From: an uncultured Spirochaetota bacterium
GTDB taxonomy: Bacteria; Spirochaetota; Spirochaetia; SZUA-6; Fen-1364
Direction of reading: 5' to 3'
NCBI GenBank assembly: GCA_963845535.1
Contig: CAWJSK010000013.1
Span: 224,001-288,000 of the forward strand
DNA length: 64,000 nucleotides
The notes beneath the pieces were generated by a model. That model did no database searches and was not told the origin of the DNA. It saw only the letters and a list, made by a program, of their open reading frames with translations. Made by a program: the position numbers and the translations under genes. Positions 60,721 to 64,000 of the stretch are shown in pieces (the stretch's first letter is position 1; the number at the start of each line of letters is the position of its first letter).

Positions 60721-61863
60721 CTACTTCCACACCGCCTCTACAATCCCACGCGCGCCTTCCAGCTTCTTTATCTGGTCCAAGAGGGCAGGGTGATCGTAAA
60801 GTGCCGTCATTTCTGGGGTCTTGTGCCCGGTGAAAAGCCGCAGTATCTCCTCGGGGAGTACCGGGCGCATGATTGTGTTGTATGTGTGCCGAAGCGAATG
60901 CACGACCAAGTTTTTCCCGGTTGTCTTGCACTCGGCACGCGCCAACGCTCCGGGAAACCAGTCTGTGACAGTCTTTACGTTCAAAGGCTTGTCTGCCGCC
61001 ATGCCGTAGAAGATCAAATGTTCGGGTTCCTTGAAAGGCGACTCTCCATGCCAAAGCCGGAGAATTGCCCGCGTGCGGGAGGGTAGGGCTATCACTCGTT
61101 TGTCTTGTGTCTTGGTCGGCCCGATTGACCCGCCCATCTTGACGGCTCGCTCGACGAACAACCATCCGCCAGGGAGAACGTGACGCCACGCAAGAGCGCG
61201 GGCTTCACCCGACCGGATCCCCGTTGATGCCAGGGTCATGAATAGGGACGCGTACTCCAACGTCTTCCAGACTTCAAGCAATCTTGCCAGATGGGGTTTT
61301 GGGAATAGCTTGTGCAGCTCGTCCATGGTGAGCGCATCCCGACTTCTATGATTCCGGGCAAGGGGTTCCGCTTCGGCCAGGGGATTGCTCGGGATGAGCT
61401 TCTCCGACTTCGCTTCTGACAGGACGATACGCAGAGTGTAGAGCATGTGATTCTTTGTTTGATTGGCGAGGTCCAGAGCCACGAGCCAATTCTCGATCAT
61501 GGGCCGCGTTAGCTCCGCGAGCCGCTTCTTGCCAAATTGAGGAAGGATGTAGTTGTCCAAATGAGCGCGCCGGGTCTTTGCTTGGTACTCTCCAAACTGC
61601 CGGCCCTTCGCATGCTGCCGCTTGATCCACGAGCAAACGTCCCACTTGAAAAAGTCCGCTGCGTACTCTTCGAGTCGGGGAGAGACTCCGGTGCCTTCGG
61701 CGAGTAGGTTGTCCGCGAATGTGCGAGCCCTGCCTATGGTCGTCTCACCAGAGGAAACCTTCGTCCGTTTGCCGGTGCGAGGATCGTAGAAGCGAACATA
61801 GTAGACGGTGCTGCCGTCTTTCGTGTTGACGGGCAGGAGCGTGTACTTTTCCCGATATCGCGT
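60721..61863 (-). CDS. Tyrosine integrase (380 aa) with an ACG start codon
   Basis: TGIRSGE, TKT, HSLRH, GHKTPEMTALY; frame open for 101 codons upstream of the track start, up to ACG 8 nt after GGAGG. Confidence 0.92.
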   Translation of the reverse strand, partial: TRYREKYTLLPVNTKDGSTVYYVRFYDPRTGKRTKVSSGETTIGRARTFADNLLAEGTGVSPRLEEYAADFFKWDVCSWIKRQHAKGRQFGEYQAKTRRAHLDNYILPQFGKKRLAELTRPMIENWLVALDLANQTKNHMLYTLRIVLSEAKSEKLIPSNPLAEAEPLARNHRSRDALTMDELHKLFPKPHLARLLEVWKTLEYASLFMTLASTGIRSGEARALAWRHVLPGGWLFVERAVKMGGSIGPTKTQDKRVIALPSRTRAILRLWHGESPFKEPEHLIFYGMAADKPLNVKTVTDWFPGALARAECKTTGKNLVVHSLRHTYNTIMRPVLPEEILRLFTGHKTPEMTALYDHPALLDQIKKLEGARGIVEAVWK

Positions 61864-61968
61864 GGCCTTTTCCTCCCAACGGTCCTACATTTGGTCTTTC
61901 GTACTGTAGGGCCTTGGAAGGCAGTTGTCAACGATTTTCTAATTTGTTACGGAATATCAAGTTGGTTT

Positions 61969-62013
61969 ATGGGCAATGCGCGATTCGAACGCGCGGCCTA
62001 TGGCTCCGGAGGC
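61969..62013. repeat. att core copy inside the intact tRNA
   Basis: Identical to 48537-48581. Confidence 0.97.
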
Positions 62014-62043
62014 CATCGCTCTATCCATCTGAGCTAATTGCCC
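61970..62043 (-). tRNA. tRNA-Arg (anticodon CCG), CCA not encoded
   Basis: GGGCAAT acceptor stem, TAGCTCAGATGGATAGAGC D arm, ATGGC-CTCCGGA-GCCAT anticodon arm, GCGCG-TTCGAAT-CGCGC T arm. Confidence 0.97.
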
Positions 62044-62131
62044 AAACGCCTGGATTCTGCAATCCTCCGTGCGTGCTTCCAAGCAAGCGCCCGATAGGCG
62101 CTTGAGCCAACGATACTTCGAAAGGTTGCAG

Positions 62132-63688
62132 GTGTCAACACAACCGTTTTCGCGGGTTCTCTGGGTCGTGCTTGACGGCATGGGTTTCGAGCATTTCACG
62201 CGCTCGCTCGGATCCGGCCGCCACCCGGCGATTTCCCGCGTGGGACGTGAGGGCTCCATTACCCCCATGCGTCCCGCCACGCCCGTCTGCCAGACCCCTC
62301 CGGCGCTGCTTGCGCTGTTCACCGGCACCCAACCCTCCCAGAACGGCGTCTGGGGGTACTACATGCCCCATCCGGACAGGATCGAGGGTTCGTTGAGCGG
62401 CTTCCATGCTGATATCGGACAAACCAGGACGATCTGGCAGGAGCTGGAAGAGCGGGGAGTAGGATACTCGCTGATGAACGTGGCATTCCGCAACGACCCC
62501 CTCTGGAAAGGACCCGCCGAACACCTCGTTCTCGGGTTCGACGGCTACCGGCTCTGGAAGAAACCCGCTCTGTATCGCCTGAAGGGCAGGACGAGCATGA
62601 TCGACTTCCGAGGCCTGCGCCTCCGCGTAAGCCGCGAACGCCGCAATCCCCAGTCAGTGAGCCTTTCAAAGGGCGCCTCCTTTCGCATCGACGTTCCCGT
62701 CGGTGAGGGCCGCCTTGCCGCCATCACCCCGGGGGCACACGTGTTTGCACATCTTCTGGAGCGGGACCTGCTCCTTCTCAACCCCATGAACAGCGTTACC
62801 TGCAGGGGGAGCGCCGTGGCGCGCATCGGCAGCAGCGAGTTTTTGGAAATGAGCGCCTTTCACGTTGGGCGCCGCCTCAACGCCGCCCGTGAATCCTTTC
62901 AACAAGTTCCGGTGGAGACGGAGCTTCTGGCCAGTCGCGTGAGCTTCCAGAGAAAAGCGGACCTCATGGTGGAACAAGCGCGCATCAAGGCCGCAAAGCT
63001 CGTGGTCGGCTACTTCCCCGTGGTGGACGACTTCAACCATCCTTATTTCGATCTCCTGCTGGGCGGAGATGGTCGGGCTGAAGCGCTCTTCCATGGATGC
63101 ATCGAGATGGTGGACGCCCTCCTGAGCCGGCTGATGGAGGAAATGGAAAACGACGAGCTCCTCGTTCTATCGTCGGATCATGGCGCGATGGCGTACCATT
63201 CCATGCTTTATATCAACGAAGCCCTGGCGGACGCGGGCCTTGTGCGGCGCGCCGCCGGCCGGTATGACTTCAGCAGGTCGCTGGCGTGGTATCATCCCAG
63301 CGATTGCGGGCTGGTGGTCGCGCACAACCCAGCGGAGAAGGGACCTCTCCTCGGACGAGTCATGGCAGTGCTCGACCGGCTGAACGCAGATCACGGTGCT
63401 GACATTGGCGCCACGGAAGGGGAGGCCGGTTCTCCTTTTCTGGCGTTTCTCTACCCGAAAGGGGACATGTATTTCAGCGGCAGGCCGCCTCGCAAGAACG
63501 GCGGACCTCTGGATACGCGCAGGTCGGGAGGGCACCACCTCTCACCTCTCAGTCCGACGCCGTGGATCCAGGCGGCCCTGGGGCTCTGGAGTCCCGCTCA
63601 AGGTCGGGTGCCGGGCGGCCTGCCGTTCGAACCGAAAGAAAACGTCGAGATGAAGGGATTCCTCATGCAGGCAATGGGTTTGCAATAA
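62132..63688 (+). CDS. Alkaline phosphatase superfamily / nucleotide pyrophosphatase-phosphodiesterase
   Basis: VVLDG, QTPP..L..TG, DDFNH, LSSDHG; start uncertain. Confidence 0.8.
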   Translation: MSTQPFSRVLWVVLDGMGFEHFTRSLGSGRHPAISRVGREGSITPMRPATPVCQTPPALLALFTGTQPSQNGVWGYYMPHPDRIEGSLSGFHADIGQTRTIWQELEERGVGYSLMNVAFRNDPLWKGPAEHLVLGFDGYRLWKKPALYRLKGRTSMIDFRGLRLRVSRERRNPQSVSLSKGASFRIDVPVGEGRLAAITPGAHVFAHLLERDLLLLNPMNSVTCRGSAVARIGSSEFLEMSAFHVGRRLNAARESFQQVPVETELLASRVSFQRKADLMVEQARIKAAKLVVGYFPVVDDFNHPYFDLLLGGDGRAEALFHGCIEMVDALLSRLMEEMENDELLVLSSDHGAMAYHSMLYINEALADAGLVRRAAGRYDFSRSLAWYHPSDCGLVVAHNPAEKGPLLGRVMAVLDRLNADHGADIGATEGEAGSPFLAFLYPKGDMYFSGRPPRKNGGPLDTRRSGGHHLSPLSPTPWIQAALGLWSPAQGRVPGGLPFEPKENVEMKGFLMQAMGLQ

Positions 63689-63702
63689 ATGGAGTTGTCA
63701 TA

Positions 63703-64000
63703 ATGGAGACGATCATTCTTGCTTCGGGCTCGCCACGCCGCAAAGAGCTGCTGGTAAAGGCAAAGATGCCCGTGAAGGTCATCCCGCCGGAGCTCATCGA
63801 AGATTATTCCGCTTCAGCTTCCGTGGGGGACCTGGTTTCCCGGGTCGCGCGCAGCAAGGTGGACGCGGTGGTTGAGCTTTTCAAGTCCGAATCCCCGCGG
63901 TGGGTCCTCGGCGTCGACACGATCGTCGAGGTGGATGGGAAAGTCCTCGGCAAGCCGGACGGTCCCGAAGAGGCGCGCACCATGCTCAGCATGCTCTCCG
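63703..64000 (+). CDS. maf: Maf-family nucleoside triphosphate pyrophosphatase, 3'-truncated
   Basis: IILASGSPRRKELL, VLGVDTIV, LGKP; runs off the window. Confidence 0.9.
   Translation, partial: METIILASGSPRRKELLVKAKMPVKVIPPELIEDYSASASVGDLVSRVARSKVDAVVELFKSESPRWVLGVDTIVEVDGKVLGKPDGPEEARTMLSMLS

Larger units (their letters stand above)
48537..62013. mobile_element. tRNA-Arg-integrated element, phage-satellite-like (~13.4 kb)
   Basis: 45-bp perfect direct repeats, integrase next to the tRNA, xis, rep, TerS-like gene, visibly lower GC, many short genes. Confidence 0.9.

Noticed and set aside
61734..61931. 65-aa ORF suggesting a frameshifted integrase N-terminus
   Set aside because: The integrase frame itself is uninterrupted up to ACG 61863, so no frameshift is needed

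Overview
GC-rich bacterial chromosome segment, probably from a spirochaete (inferred from gene content, not from a database search). Positions 1-46.3 kb and 62.0-64 kb are mostly housekeeping or metabolic genes: secA, nnr, two tandem atypical EF-G paralogues, argS, type-2 ileS, hisH/hisF, thiI with a cysteine desulfurase, a Thermococcales-like HypA plus Mrp/MinD ATPase pair, an ArsR-DsrE-TusA-NarI-like-HdrD/DsrK-like sulfur/redox operon, a GH1 glucosidase, yhhQ-queF, a Ser/Thr kinase-FHA-VWA-phosphoesterase cluster, cydAB/cydDC, an HtrA protease and maf. The main accessory feature is a 13.4-kb element (48537-62013) integrated in the 3' half of tRNA-Arg(CCG) and bounded by a perfect 45-bp direct repeat. 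It resembles a phage satellite (integrase, excisionase, replication initiator with an internal iteron origin, TerS-like protein, no recognisable capsid, portal, TerL or tail genes). It has several unusual traits: the integrase starts at an ACG codon; it carries a second, XerD-like recombinase followed by about 530 nt of almost entirely hairpin-forming non-coding DNA that contains two covarying ~120-nt copies; two covarying three-way-junction leader elements; a divergent sigma-factor-like protein; and a run of small coupled genes that share an LxxYP(S/T) motif. All protein assignments come from motif recognition by eye; no searches were run.
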